64,000 bases of DNA from an uncultured delta proteobacterium (GTDB lineage Bacteria; Myxococcota; Myxococcia; Myxococcales; Anaeromyxobacteraceae). This document shows positions 1-9,387 of this stretch, one piece after another (positions within the stretch are counted from its first letter, which is position 1; each line of letters starts with the position of its first letter). The notes under the pieces are model-generated. The model had not been told where the DNA came from. It made no database searches and saw only the letters and a program-made list of their open reading frames with translations. The translations under genes and the position numbers were made by a program. The DNA is taken from the NCBI GenBank assembly GCA_963845515.1, contig CAWJSR010000055.1, positions 32,001-96,000 on the forward strand, given 5' to 3'.

Positions 1-1272
1 GCCTCATACGTCCACGAAGAGATGGAGGAGACCTTCCCCTCGCTCGACCCGCACTGGCGCGACCGTGAAATCGTGGCGGCGTCCTTCCGCAACGGGATCG
101 GTCCCTTCATGGTCCTGGGCACGTTCAATGGCGACTGGAGCGACGGCTCGTGGATCGCCGACAACTTCGTTCAGCAGTTCCTCAACGTGCAGGCCACGGG
201 GAGGATCGCTGGTGACTGGAATGTCAACATCAGTGACGGGTACTCCAGGCGAACGCCGACCGCCACGGGGCTGGGCGCCTACGGTACGGAGACGAACGGC
301 TTTCGCGCCGCCATCGAGAGAACGGTCCTCGGGCTCGGGCGCTCCATCACCTACAGTTACATCCGCTCGGCCACCACCGCCTCCTCGGTCTCCGACGCGG
401 GGGAAAGCCAGGGGCTCGCGGCCCTCTACGACGTTCCGATCGACGGGAACAGGCTCTACGTGCGAACCACTGGCTCGCTCGACCACTCGGAGCTGACGTC
501 GACGACCGCGGCGGCGACGTCGACCGGCGAGACGTTGGGCGCCGACCTCTGGTGGCGTCGCAATCAGCCGGATTCGGGGCTAGACGTCCACGGCGGCCCG
601 ATCGTCGCGGCAGTCCAGAGCGATCCGGGCGGCTCCGGCGTTGGATATGGCGCCTCCGCGGGAGTAAGCTACACGCGCCAAGCCGCTCCGCTAGACCTCC
701 AGGCATCGTACGGGGCGAGCTACGGCAACGACGTCCGGGCCTCGCTCGGCTGGTCTTTTCGACAGGAGTTGCAGGGTGCCCTCTCGGGCGTCATCGGGAC
801 CGCCCGCTGGTCGGCGACGGCGACCGGATCCTTCGCCAGGTCGTCCAGCCCGGTATTCGGCGATGGCGCGAGCCGAAGCCTCGCCCTCACCGCCTCGCTT
901 CTCTACGAGACCTACTCCGTGTTCGGAAGCGCATCGGTCTCCGACGGAGCACCTTCCGGCGGGACGTTCTCCGGCGACGGCCTCTTCGTTCAGGCCCCCT
1001 ACGTATCCCACAACCGGGCTGTCCAGCTGGGCATCGCCGGCGCCGTATGGGAGGCGCTGAACGGCACGCTCCAGGCACGATATGTCGTATCAGATTCACC
1101 TGGCGCTCCCAGCCTCGACCTCATGGAGGCCGAGGCCGCGCTCTCCTACAGGTACGGCGGTCTGGACTTCCGGCTTCGCGACCGCCTCTCGTCCGCCGAA
1201 TCTCGCTATGGACGCGACGTGGTCAACATCGTCGAGCTTCGCCTCTCCCGCGCGCTCGGCAACAGCCGGTAG
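1..1272 (+). CDS. Outer-membrane beta-barrel protein, porin-cytochrome-type (5' truncated by window)
   Basis: Frame is open from base 1. Alternating amphipathic G/S/Y-rich beta-strands (e.g. GYGASAGVSYTRQ, LQASYGASYG, EAALSYRYGGLDFRL), ending in a strand-like VELRLSRAL. Lies directly upstream of NHL and cytochrome genes. Confidence 0.7.
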   Translation, partial: ASYVHEEMEETFPSLDPHWRDREIVAASFRNGIGPFMVLGTFNGDWSDGSWIADNFVQQFLNVQATGRIAGDWNVNISDGYSRRTPTATGLGAYGTETNGFRAAIERTVLGLGRSITYSYIRSATTASSVSDAGESQGLAALYDVPIDGNRLYVRTTGSLDHSELTSTTAAATSTGETLGADLWWRRNQPDSGLDVHGGPIVAAVQSDPGGSGVGYGASAGVSYTRQAAPLDLQASYGASYGNDVRASLGWSFRQELQGALSGVIGTARWSATATGSFARSSSPVFGDGASRSLALTASLLYETYSVFGSASVSDGAPSGGTFSGDGLFVQAPYVSHNRAVQLGIAGAVWEALNGTLQARYVVSDSPGAPSLDLMEAEAALSYRYGGLDFRLRDRLSSAESRYGRDVVNIVELRLSRALGNSR

Positions 1273-1279
1273 CGCGAAG

Positions 1280-2310
1280 ATGCGGGGTCGGGCTGCCATC
1301 ACGCTCTGCTGCCTCGCGGCGCTCCTCGCGGCGTGCGCACACCACGATGCCGGTGGCGAGAGAAGCTTCGCACCCGTTGCGGTCTCCTGGCCCCCGCCCC
1401 CCGCAAGCCCGCGTGCAAGCCTGCGAGGCATGATCCCGGACGGGGAGCCGACCCCACCCGTCCTGCCGTGGTGGCGGAGAGTGATCGACTGGATCGCGGG
1501 CGCCGAGGGCGGCCCGGCAGTCCTGCCGCCCGGAGCCCTCGTCCGCCCCTTCGGAGTCGCGGCGAACGCGCAGGGCGAGGTCTTCGTCGCCGACCCCGAC
1601 CTCGCACGGGTGACCCGATATGATCGGGCAGCGCGCCCAACCCTCATCGAGTGTCGAGAAGCGCGGTGGTCTGCGCCGATCGCCGTGGCGCTGGCGCCGG
1701 ATGGACCCTCTTCGTCGCCGATGCCGCCTCCGCCACGATCGTGAGGTGGGCGCCGGGAGGCTGCACGCTCCTGGGCTCAGGCTCGTTCGAGCGCCCCACC
1801 GGCCTCGCCGTCACCGCCGACCGGATCTGGGTGGTCGATCCCCCACGCCACCAGGTCATCGCGCTCTCGCACTCGGGCGCCGAGCTGGGCCGCTTCGGCG
1901 GACTGGGTGAAGGGAACGACGGCTTTCACTTCCCTACGGCGGTGGCGTTGGCTCCCGACGGGACCATCCTGGTCGTCGACGCCCTCAACTACCGTGTGGT
2001 GCGGCTAGCAGCCGATGGACGTTGGCTCGGCTCCTTCGGCGCCACCGGCGACGCTGGGGGGGCCTTCGCCCGCCCGAAGGCGGTGGCTACCGATGCAGGG
2101 GGCCGGATCTTCGTGAGCGATGCGCAACGCGGGGCCATACTCGCCTTCGACCCGTCCGGAACGTTCGAGTATGCGATCGGCGAGACGGGGCTGAACCCCG
2201 GCCAGTTTGCGCTGCCCGCCGGCCTCGCCGTCGTGGCGAACCGCCTCCTGGTCGCCGACAGCCAGAACCACAGGATCCAGCAGTTCGAGCTTCTCGGAGG
2301 ACCGCCATGA
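1280..2310 (+). CDS. NHL-repeat beta-propeller lipoprotein (apparent 1-bp frameshift near 1703)
   Basis: ATG at 1280 with lipobox LAAC and WPPPP motif. NHL repeats (RPFGVAA..VFVAD, RPTGLAV, FPTAVAL..LVVD, RPKAVATD..IFVSD, LPAGLAV..LLVADSQNHRIQ) are split between ORFs 1082..1744 and 1651..2310 and join at LAPDG/TLFVAD. Confidence 0.85.
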
Positions 2311-4061
2311 AGAAGTGCCTCTTTCTCGCTCTGCTCGCCGCAGGCTTCGCGCGCGCTGCCGGACCGGGCGGCGTGGTCGGCTCCAAGCACGACCTCTCGG
2401 TGACCGGCCCGGGGAGCCACCGCGCGACCTCGGAGCGGAGCCCATGCGTCTTCTGCCACGGAACCCACATGGCGGGGCCGGGGCTCGGCGATCGCCCCAC
2501 CGACGTTCAGCGGAGCTTCAAGCCGTACCAGAGCAGCACCATGTCCTCCCCGGTGGACGATCCATCTGGCGCGAGCCGGGTCTGTCTCTCCTGCCACGAC
2601 GGGACCATCGCGCTCGGCAAGACGTTGACGCAGAGCATCAAGATGGCAGGGGGAGACTTCCTCGCACCCGGCCAGCGCGGCTATATCGGGACCGATCTTC
2701 GCGGCAGCCACCCGGTCTCCTTCATGCCCAGGGACGCCCAGAAGACGCACGCCCCGCGGTCCGGGGATCGTGTCCGGCTCGACCGCTCCGGGCAGGTGCA
2801 ATGCACCTCCTGCCACGACCCCCACTCCGAGGCCGGTGGCGATCCGAAGCACCGGATGTTCCTCCTGAAGCCCCTGGACAACTCCGTGCTCTGCTCGACC
2901 TGCCATCCCTCTGTCGGGCTCGGCGCGATGTCGAGCCACGCCAGCTCCTCCCTCCCCATCCGCGCTCGCGACGGGAGCAGCACGAGCACGGGGGTGGCCG
3001 GCTGCGTCGCGTGCCACGAGGTGCACGGCGCGGACGTCCGCGGACGCCTGCTGAAGGCGGGCCCCACCGATGACGCGACGTGCCTCGCCTGCCATGACTC
3101 TGCGGCCGCTGGCGGGAACGTGGCTCGCGACCTCGAGAAGCCGTACGCCCACCTCTCCAAGGACGGAGGTGGCCACGACGCGGCCGAGGCACCCGGTGGT
3201 GGGAGGTCGGGCCGGAGCCTACCGGAGTCGAGCGCTGGCGCGCGCCGCCACGTGGCCTGCGTCGACTGCCACGACCCTCACACCTCCGCGAGGGGCGCCT
3301 CGGTTGCCCCGATCGCGGGTGGCGCTTACGGCAGGACCTGGGGTATCGGCCTCGATGGGCAGCAGGTCGCGCCCGCCCGGTTCGAATACGAGGTCTGCCT
3401 GAAGTGCCACGGCGACAGCCCCAATCGCCCCAACCGCGCCCAGGCACTCGGCATCAAGCGCGCGCGGCCGGACAGCAACCTTCGGCTGGTCTTCTCGCCG
3501 TCGGCCATCTCGTCCCACCCCGTGGCCGCCCCCGGGCGCAACCCCATGGTCCCGAGCCTCAGGGCGCCCTACTCGGTGGCGTCGTACGTCTACTGCACCG
3601 ACTGCCACGCCTCGAACGACTCCCCGACAGCGGGCGGTGCAGGGGCGCGGGGGCCGCACGGCTCGATCTACCCGTTCATGCTGGAGCGGGAGTACCGCAC
3701 GGCGGACTACACCGCCGAGAGCTCTGGGGCCTACGCCCTCTGCTACAAGTGCCACGATCGTGAAAGACTGCTCTCGGACGGTTCGCCGTTCACGCTGAGG
3801 ACGGGCCCCGAAGCTGCGCTCCACTGGCGCCACGTGGTGAAGAGGAGCGCCCCCTGCTCGGCGTGCCACTCGGCGCACGGAGTCTCCCGCGAGGCGGGGA
3901 CGGACGAAGGGAACCTCCACCTCATCTCATTCGATCTGTCCATCGTCCGACCCACGAAGGGGGACGCCGCGCGCTACACTTCGGCGGGTTCCGGCGGGGG
4001 GAGCTGCACCCTCACGTGCCACGACGTCCCGCACGCCGACGCAACGCACCGGTACCCGTAG
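2307..4061 (+). CDS. Multiheme c-type cytochrome, 11 CxxCH + 1 CxxxCH, with OmcE-like N-terminal tetraheme module
   Basis: ATG overlaps the upstream TGA (ATGA). Signal peptide MKKCLFLALLAAGFARA. Motifs CVFCH, CLSCH, CTSCH, CSTCH, CVACH, CLACH, CVDCH, CLKCH, CTDCH, CYKCH, CSACH, CTLTCH. Confidence 0.93.
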   Translation: MKKCLFLALLAAGFARAAGPGGVVGSKHDLSVTGPGSHRATSERSPCVFCHGTHMAGPGLGDRPTDVQRSFKPYQSSTMSSPVDDPSGASRVCLSCHDGTIALGKTLTQSIKMAGGDFLAPGQRGYIGTDLRGSHPVSFMPRDAQKTHAPRSGDRVRLDRSGQVQCTSCHDPHSEAGGDPKHRMFLLKPLDNSVLCSTCHPSVGLGAMSSHASSSLPIRARDGSSTSTGVAGCVACHEVHGADVRGRLLKAGPTDDATCLACHDSAAAGGNVARDLEKPYAHLSKDGGGHDAAEAPGGGRSGRSLPESSAGARRHVACVDCHDPHTSARGASVAPIAGGAYGRTWGIGLDGQQVAPARFEYEVCLKCHGDSPNRPNRAQALGIKRARPDSNLRLVFSPSAISSHPVAAPGRNPMVPSLRAPYSVASYVYCTDCHASNDSPTAGGAGARGPHGSIYPFMLEREYRTADYTAESSGAYALCYKCHDRERLLSDGSPFTLRTGPEAALHWRHVVKRSAPCSACHSAHGVSREAGTDEGNLHLISFDLSIVRPTKGDAARYTSAGSGGGSCTLTCHDVPHADATHRYP

Positions 4062-4104
4062 AGCCGACGCGCCGGAACACCTCTCGAGCCTCGAGGATTG
4101 CCCA

Positions 4105-5256
4105 ATGTACATGCCCTCTGCCCACCCCAACTCCAGGACACTCGTCGTCGCCGCGCTGCTGGCAGCCACCGCAGGGTGCGCCACCCGCCGTTCCGCTCTC
4201 GTCTGGCCAGAGCCGCCGGAGACGGCCCGGATCGAGCACATCAGGTCCTTCTCCTCCAACACCAACCTCGACCGCGGCTTCTGGGCGACGTTCATCGAGG
4301 CGCTCCTCCCCCGCAAGCGGTCCGCGGTGACCAAGAGCCCCCTGGGGCTGGCGCTCTCTCCCGACGAGCAGACCCTCTATGTCGCCTGTGGGGCGAAGGG
4401 CGGCGTCGTCGCGCTCGACCGGAAGTCCAGTACGCTGCGCAACTTCACGACCGACAGGGAGCACTTCCCCATGTTCGCGCACGGGGTGAAGGCGGACGCC
4501 GACGGGAACGTGTACGTCAGCGATCGCGCCGGCGCGGCGATCCTCGTCTTCGACGCGAAGGGAGGGTTCCTCCGCAAGATCACCTTCGAGGGGATGGCCG
4601 ATCCCTCGGCGCTCGCGATCGACCGGAAGGCGCAGATCCTGTACGCCATCGCAGGCGCCTCGACGAGACAGTACACCCACCGGATCGAGGTCTTCTCCCT
4701 CCGAGGGGAACACCTCCGCACCCTCGGCGGCAGCGGTGACCTCCCCGGGCTCTTCTACTTCCCGACGGACGTCCAGGTGTCGCCGGAAGGCAACCTCTAC
4801 GTGGTCGACATGCACAACAACCGCGTCCAGCTGCTGGACACGGAGGGGCGCCACCTGGCGACCTTCGGCAAGGAGGGGACCGGGCTTCCCGGCTACCTCG
4901 ACAAGGCGAAGGGGCTCTCCTGGGACTCCTTCGGGAACCTCTACGTCGCCGACTCGATGCAGGGGGTCCACATCTTCAACCCCAGGTATCAGGCGCTGAT
5001 GTGGTTCGGGGCCCCGCTGGTCGGCACCCCGGGCGCCATCGCGATCGACTCCCGTAACCGGATCTTCCTCGCCGACTTCAATAACAACTGCATCCACGAG
5101 TTCCAGTTGGTCAACACGCGACCCGAGGACAGCTTCGCCCCGCCGGAGAAGGAGGAGGCGAAGCCGGGTGAGGCGAAGCCGGAGTCGAAGGGCTCGTCCG
5201 GCAATGGGGAAGCCCCCACTTCCCCTCCCGCAACTGGCGCGCCCGCCGCCCAGTGA
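4105..5256 (+). CDS. NHL-repeat beta-propeller lipoprotein
   Basis: Lipobox TAGC, WPEPPE..RIEHI motif, NHL repeats (FYFPTDVQVSPEGNLYVVDMHNNRVQ, GNLYVAD, RIFLADFNNNCI), Pro/Glu/Lys-rich tail. Confidence 0.9.
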   Translation: MYMPSAHPNSRTLVVAALLAATAGCATRRSALVWPEPPETARIEHIRSFSSNTNLDRGFWATFIEALLPRKRSAVTKSPLGLALSPDEQTLYVACGAKGGVVALDRKSSTLRNFTTDREHFPMFAHGVKADADGNVYVSDRAGAAILVFDAKGGFLRKITFEGMADPSALAIDRKAQILYAIAGASTRQYTHRIEVFSLRGEHLRTLGGSGDLPGLFYFPTDVQVSPEGNLYVVDMHNNRVQLLDTEGRHLATFGKEGTGLPGYLDKAKGLSWDSFGNLYVADSMQGVHIFNPRYQALMWFGAPLVGTPGAIAIDSRNRIFLADFNNNCIHEFQLVNTRPEDSFAPPEKEEAKPGEAKPESKGSSGNGEAPTSPPATGAPAAQ

Positions 5257-5264
5257 CCTTGGGC

Positions 5265-5298
5265 TGGGCCAACTGCCCACGATGGGGCTTTTACCCCA
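5265..5298. promoter_or_regulatory. Tandem palindromic sites TGGGC-N5-GCCCA and TGGGG-N6-CCCCA; candidate enhancer (UAS) for a sigma54 activator
   Basis: Two inverted repeats 50-85 bp upstream of the -24/-12 element. A similar pair occurs at 38030-38065. Confidence 0.5.
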
Positions 5299-5348
5299 TC
5301 TAGGGCGACCGCGACGGCAATCATTTCCAGCGCTTAGCGCCTCCGGAG

Positions 5349-5365
5349 TAGGCACGACCGGTGCA
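5349..5365 (+). promoter_or_regulatory. Sigma54 (RpoN) -24/-12 promoter of the OmcE-like gene
   Basis: TAGGCACGACCGGTGCA has GG-N10-GC spacing and closely matches TGGCACG-N4-TTGC, about 60 bp upstream of the start codon. Confidence 0.7.
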
Positions 5366-5425
5366 GAGACCCACGCTGCCCAGACGAAGTTTGGGCAGAA
5401 CAAACCAGAAAGGGACATGACCAAT

Positions 5426-6004
5426 ATGAAGAAGATCCTCTTCGCCGCCGCGATCGCGCTCTTCGCGACCCAGGCCTCCGCCACGATCGTCGGTTCCAGC
5501 CACGACCTCACGCTCGCCAAGTGGTCCGCCACCAACGTTGCCGGCAAGTCGGTGTGCAGCTACTGCCACGCGGCGCACGTGTTCAACACCGGTAACATCG
5601 TCAACGACTACCTCTGGAACCGCTCCATCAACGCGGCCTCCACCGCGGGCGTGGGCGCTGAGTCCAAGACCTGCCTCTCCTGCCACGACGGCACGACGAG
5701 CATCATGGCCGTCAACAACGGCGTCAGCGGCGGCAGCACGCTCCTGACGGGCAACATGAACATCGGCGGGACCGACGCGGCCCTGCTGAACGACCACCCG
5801 GTCGGCCTCACCTACACGACCACGAACACCAGCGCTGGCCTCGCGGCGCTCGCCACCGCGAAGACCAACGGCGCCCGCTTCTTCGGCGCCGGCACGGATC
5901 AGGTCGAGTGCGCCTCCTGCCACGACCCGCACTACAAGGTGGCCGGCAGCTACAAGTTCACGTTCGCCGGCTTCGACTGCGCCGACTGCCACGCCGTCAA
6001 GTAG
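5426..6004 (+). CDS. omcE: OmcE-family tetraheme c-type cytochrome (nanowire-type subunit)
   Basis: RBS AAAGGGA, signal peptide MKKILFAAAIALFATQASA. Four CxxCH in the OmcE order and context as I recall it: IVGSSHDL, CSYCHAAH, LWNR, CLSCHDG, NDHPV, ECASCHDPH, terminal CADCH..K. Alternative start at 5417. Confidence 0.8.
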   Translation: MKKILFAAAIALFATQASATIVGSSHDLTLAKWSATNVAGKSVCSYCHAAHVFNTGNIVNDYLWNRSINAASTAGVGAESKTCLSCHDGTTSIMAVNNGVSGGSTLLTGNMNIGGTDAALLNDHPVGLTYTTTNTSAGLAALATAKTNGARFFGAGTDQVECASCHDPHYKVAGSYKFTFAGFDCADCHAVK

Positions 6005-6051
6005 GCTGTTGACGTGGTCCGCGAGCTGACTTAGTTCGCGGCTGCAGCTTG

Positions 6052-6086
6052 GGCGGGGACCTGAAAAGGTCCCCGCCTTTCCTTTT
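6052..6086 (+). terminator. Rho-independent terminator
   Basis: Perfect 11-bp stem GGCGGGGACCT-GAAA-AGGTCCCCGCC followed by TTTCCTTTT, right after the OmcE-like gene. Confidence 0.88.
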
Positions 6087-6122
6087 CCCCATCAGCGCCG
6101 ACGCGCGCCCCCTGCTGGAGTC

Positions 6123-7712
6123 ATGACCCGCCTACGCGCGCATTGGGCCCAACTCCTCATCGTCGTCGTCGGAGGGATCGCCTACTCCAACACGTTCGGC
6201 GTCCCGTTCCTGTTCGACGACAACGTCGTGCTGCTCGGCGAGCCAACGATCACGAACTTCGCCCCCAGCCCGCTCAGCCGGCGCTTCCTGGGGGACCTCT
6301 CCTTCGCCCTCTCCTGGCGCGTCTTCGGCGCGCATCCGGCCGGCCACCACGCCGTCAACCTGGTCATCCACGTCGTCAACGCCCTCCTCGTCTGGCAGAT
6401 CGCGCGGCTGGCGTGGAGGACGAGCCGGCTGAGCGCTTCCCCGATCGCGCGCAACGCAGACCGGGCCGCCCTCCTCGCTGCGCTGCTCTTCGTCTCACAT
6501 CCCATCCAGACCCAGGCCGTCACCTACGTCGTCCAGCGCTATGCGTCGCTGGCCGCGCTCTTCTTCCTCACCTCGGTCTGCGCGTACCTCAAGTGCCGGC
6601 TCGCCTCTCCCGGCCGGCCCGCGCGGGGCTGGTACGTCCTCTTCCTCGGCAGCGCGGCCGCCGCCTGCTGGACCAAGGAGAACGCCTTCACCCTGCCGCT
6701 CGCGATCGCCGCGGTCGAGTGGAGCCTCTTCGCCGCCCCCCTTCGGCGTCGCGCGGCCCTCCTCTCGCCCTTCCTGGTGGCCGCCGGCGCCGCGCTGGCC
6801 TTCGCCCTGGCCTCCGGGCTCACGCTGGCCCGGCTGGACCAGCTGGCCCGCGTCGACACGTCGATGGCCCGGAGCGACTACCTCCTGACCCAGCTCCGCG
6901 TCGTCGCGCGCTACCTCGGGCTCCTCGCCCTCCCGATCGGTCAGAATCTCGACCACGACGTCGCCATCTCGCGCTCGCTCGCCGAGCCGGCGGTCCTCCT
7001 CGCGCTCGCCCTCCACGCCCTCCTCGTCGGCGGCGCAGTCGCGGCGCTCCGCTGGGGATCCCGTCGCGACCCGGCGTGGCGCCTCGTCGGCTTCGGAGTG
7101 ACCTGGTTCTACGTCACACTGCTCGTCGAGTCGTCGATCATCCCGATCGTCGACCCGATGTACGAGCACCGTGTCTACCTGCCGTCGGTGGGGCTCTTCA
7201 TCGCGGTGGCGACCGCCCTCTGCGCGCTCCCGCCGCTGCAGCGGCGCAGGGGCTGGGCGGCGACCGCGGCGGCCCTCATAGCGCTCCTCACCGGCATGAC
7301 CTTTGCGCGCAACCGCGTGTGGCGTGACGACCTTTCGCTCTGGTCAGACGCGGCCTCGAAGTCGCCGCGAAAGGCGCGACCGCTCAACAACCTCGGCGCG
7401 GCTCGCTTCGCGCGCGGAGAGTTCGCGTCTGCGGCCGCCCTCTACGAGCGGGCCATTCAGGCGGAGCCTGGCTACACGAAGGCCTGGTTCAACCTCGGTG
7501 AAGTCCGCCAGCGGATGGGGGACTGCCAGGGGGCGATAGGCCCGTACGAGGCCTTCCTCCAGGTTCACCCTGCGTACCCCGACACCTACGGAAACCTGGC
7601 AGACTGCTACGACCTGCTGGGGCGCCCCGACAGGGCACGAGCGCTCCGCGCGGAGCTCGCGCGCCTCGAGGCTGAGCGGAGCGGACGCCCGCTCCCGACC
7701 TTCTACCGGTAG
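6123..7712 (+). CDS. TMTC-like GT-C protein glycosyltransferase with C-terminal TPRs
   Basis: FLFDD motif after TM1, H.VNL.IH..NA, HPIQTQAVTYVVQR, KENA, EHRVYLPS, RNRVWRDDLSLW, TPR repeats. Confidence 0.88.
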   Translation: MTRLRAHWAQLLIVVVGGIAYSNTFGVPFLFDDNVVLLGEPTITNFAPSPLSRRFLGDLSFALSWRVFGAHPAGHHAVNLVIHVVNALLVWQIARLAWRTSRLSASPIARNADRAALLAALLFVSHPIQTQAVTYVVQRYASLAALFFLTSVCAYLKCRLASPGRPARGWYVLFLGSAAAACWTKENAFTLPLAIAAVEWSLFAAPLRRRAALLSPFLVAAGAALAFALASGLTLARLDQLARVDTSMARSDYLLTQLRVVARYLGLLALPIGQNLDHDVAISRSLAEPAVLLALALHALLVGGAVAALRWGSRRDPAWRLVGFGVTWFYVTLLVESSIIPIVDPMYEHRVYLPSVGLFIAVATALCALPPLQRRRGWAATAAALIALLTGMTFARNRVWRDDLSLWSDAASKSPRKARPLNNLGAARFARGEFASAAALYERAIQAEPGYTKAWFNLGEVRQRMGDCQGAIGPYEAFLQVHPAYPDTYGNLADCYDLLGRPDRARALRAELARLEAERSGRPLPTFYR

Positions 7713-9387
7713 ACCGACCCCGTCCGGCGTAAGGGCCTGCCGGTGGAGCCGACTGCGCCCTGAAGCTCGCGCAGGCGTCGAAGCGCATAGTCCCGCTCGG
7801 AGAGGCGATCCGCGGCCTCGGCAAGGCGCGCATAGTAGGCGGAGGCCCCCTCGACATCGCCGCTCCTCGCGAGTAGATCCCCATCCCGCGCAGCGCCTCG
7901 ACGGCACCACCGTCCAACTGGAGCGCCAGCCGGAAGCTCGCCGCCGCCCTGTTGTCCTGGCCGAGCCCAGCCCTCGCCAACCCGATCAGCGCGTGGCCCC
8001 TCCCGCTGTAGGGGCTCATGGAGAGCGCCTTCTGCAGCGCCCCCACCGCCTCCGAGTGGCGCCCCGCCGCGACCAGCGCCGCGCCCAGGTTGAAGCGCAT
8101 GTGCGTCGCCGAAGGCTCGATCTCGCAGGCCCGCCGAAAGATGGCCACCGAGTCCGACCAGTGCGAAACCTGCGTGCGCGTCGCGGCCGTGAGCGCCAGG
8201 CACGCGGCCACGGCGACGGCGACGGATCCAGCCGCCGCAGCGCGCCCACGCGCACGCCCGGCGAGGTCGGCCGCGGCGTACGTCACCGCCACCGAGACCC
8301 CCATGAGCGGCACGTACGCAAAGCGGTCCGCCCAGGCCGGCCACATGCCCGCCTGGCTCAGCCCCAGGTAAGGGAGCAGCGCGACGAGGAACCAGGCGCA
8401 GCCGAAGGCGACGGAGGGGACGCGCCTCGCGCTGAACACCGCGGTGACGACGAGGGCGACGAGGACCGCCGCTCCCGCGATCGTCGGTCCCGGGCTGATC
8501 TGCGCGCGGTAGAGGTGGTAGGGACCGAGGCCGGCAGGCCAGAAGATGGCCTCGACGTAGGAGGGGAGCGCTGCGAGGGCGTTCGCCCCCAGCACGGCCA
8601 GCGAGGGGCGGAGCGCAGCAAGGCGGACCGCGGAGGCCATGACCAGCGCCGTACCCGCCAACGCCAGGAGGGCGAAGGGGACCTTCTCCCACATCAATGC
8701 CGCGGCACTCTGCCTGGGGAAGGGAGGGGGTTCCGGCAGCTCACCCCGGCCCGCTCCAAGGCGACCCAGCGGCCACGCGTCAAGGATCAGCAAGAGCGCT
8801 GGGAGCACCACCAGGCCGGGCTTCGCCAGGAGGCTCAGGGCCATGAGCAGGCAGGCGAGCGCGAGACGCCACCGGGCTGGCCTCGCAGCATGGGAGATGT
8901 AGGCGAGCACCGCGACCATGCCGATGGCCGTCGAGAGGACCGTCTTGAGCTCCGAAGCCCACGCCACCGCCTCCACCGTCAGGGGGTGGACCGCGAAGAG
9001 GCACGCGGCGGCCGCCGCGGTCCAGACCCTCCCCGTCGCCCTGCGGAGGATCAGGAGGAGCGTGATCGCCGTCACCGCGTGGAGCGCGACGCTCACGAGG
9101 TGGAAGCCCCATGGCTCGGGACCGAAGGCGGCACGGACGGCCATCAAGGCGAGCCACGTGAGCGGATGGAAGTAGGTCTCCGCCGCCTCGCGCGAGAAGG
9201 CCGCGCGGATCGAATCCCTGGTCAGCCCTCCCTGGACCATCCCGTTGTCGTAGATGTACGCGTCGTCGTCGAATCCGACGAAGTCGTTGGCGACCGCTCC
9301 CCCGTGCGCCACCGCCACCGCGAGCGCCACGAGCGCACTGGCGGCGAGAAGCTGCTTCCGGCCTGGGGAGCTCCCGGAATCCATCAT
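7703..9387 (-). CDS. TMTC-like GT-C glycosyltransferase with TPRs (frameshift near 7878)
   Basis: FVGFDDDAYI, YFHPLTWL, HPLTVEAVAWASE.K, ADRFAYVP, WSDS..IF. The TPR continues as DLLARSGDVEGASAYY in the frame ending at 7703. Confidence 0.85.
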
